A stretch of DNA of 64,000 nt from the human T2T-CHM13v2.0 reference genome, Homo sapiens. The DNA lies in assembly GCF_009914755.1 (NCBI RefSeq), contig NC_060936.1; one strand, given 5' to 3'. The number at the start of each line of letters is the position of its first letter. Positions within the stretch are counted from its first letter, which is position 1. Under the pieces are notes generated by a model. That model was not told where the DNA came from, made no database searches, and worked only from the letters and a program-made list of their open reading frames with translations. Below are positions 62,870-64,000 of this stretch, one piece after another. The translations under genes were made by a program, and so were the position numbers.

Positions 62870-63400
62870 CTTCAAAGTAATGGTTTTTAAACACTCATCC
62901 AATGTTGTTACTCCCTTACACAAAATACATTAGTGGCTTAGTAGATATGCCCTAAATCCTTACCATGGCATACAAAGGGCTTCACAATCAGGATTCTTTT
63001 ATGTCTTCAACATTTAGTGCCTACTAATATATTCTGCTACCTATTGAATGCAGTTTTCAGACCCCTTCACTAAACTATTAAGAACTCATTCCTTTGCAGG
63101 TTATCCCCTATGCCTAGAAACTCTTCTGTTTTTATATTTCTGTTCACATAACAAATTCCTCCTTATAATTTAAAAACTGAGGTAAAGGATGCTTTCTTCG
63201 ACAAGTCTTTCTTGAACCCCTCTCTCCCAAGCAGAGATGAATGCTCCCTCTAGGTGCCACTGCTTCCAGCATAGTTCCTGTCACTTTATATTTCAATTAT
63301 TTGTTTGTCTATAGATTTTTCCCCTCTCTCATATTCTGAATTTCTTCAGGGCAAGATCTGTGTACAATTGAATCTTCAGCCCCTAACACAGTGAGTGAAC
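62870..63400. mobile_element. L2 fragments
   Basis: 'tccttaccatggcatacaaagggcttcacaatc', 'atgcctagaaactctt', 'gggcaagatctgtgt...cctaacacagtg'. Confidence 0.6.
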
Positions 63401-63713
63401 ATACGCTTGCTTATTTAAGCCTAGTTAAAGCAAGCTGACCACCCACATGGCCAATAGACTCAGACACTTCTGGACCATTTACAGGCATTGTCCTGAGCTC
63501 CCTTGCCTTCTTACTCTGGTCCAGTGTCATCTTGGCTTCCAATCTCTTTTTTTCTCTCTCTCATCCTCCACTCCGTATTTCCCCATTAGACAGGACAACA
63601 GAAGTCAGGTTTCCAGGCTGCTGAGGGCAGCAGTTCTAAACCTTTTGTGTCCCAAATGTGTTGAATCATAGGACAAAAAGAGAGAAAGGAGTGGAGTACA
63701 ATGATCTTGTTAG

Positions 63714-64000
63714 TGTCACCTGAAGAATGATGAGGTTTGTAAATTTGAAAAGGAGACCTTTATTTCTCATAAAGCATTGCAGCCTGCAGGGTGGCCATTC
63801 TGACAGGCTGGGAAGCATAGCCTCTGGCCAGAAGCCAGAAACAGACACTTTGGGGATCAGAAGAATAATACAGAAATTTATTCTGAATGGGGTGGCCTAG
63901 TATACATACTCAATAAGCTATAGAAGGAGGCATAAACATTTATGAAAGGAGAAATGTACACAAACACAATTGAGCTTCCTGCCTCTCCATGGGACCCATG
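63714..64000 (-). mobile_element. ERV1-class (MER4-group) LTR 3' end, running off the window
   Basis: Starts 'tgtcacctgaagaatgatgagg', reverse AATAAA ('ctttatt'), 'gcagcctgcagggtggccattctgacaggctgggaagcatagcc'. Exact family not certain. Confidence 0.7.

Overview
This is primate (human-like), AT-rich, non-coding DNA dominated by transposable elements. I found no intact protein-coding gene, RNA gene or CRISPR array; almost every ORF in the track is a broken LINE-1 ORF1/ORF2 piece or an antisense/LTR artefact. About 27 kb is primate L1PA: two full-length + strand copies head-to-tail (6980-13430, 13540-19664), two 5'-truncated minus copies (38418-41983, 43027-47916), an internally deleted + copy (54451-59476) and two short 3' fragments. 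Old L1M, Alu, MIR/L2, MaLR/ERVL/ERV1 LTRs and DNA-transposon fossils fill much of the rest. The most informative non-repeat feature, missed by the ORF track, is a minus-strand processed copy of a cTAGE5/MIA2 (CTAGE-family) mRNA at about 20582-21915. It is strongly diverged and internally compacted, and it retains a 58-codon TM-containing ORF. The window also holds several templated-insertion scars: an inverted ORF2 patch inside an L1, a 61-bp L1 patch apparently copied from another L1 24 kb away, a 444-bp orphan segment inside an L1 3'UTR, and a two-subfamily tandem duplication at an ORF1/ORF2 junction. I see no convincing new functional system. Repeat subfamily names and the CTAGE alignment come from recalled consensus sequences, not a database search.
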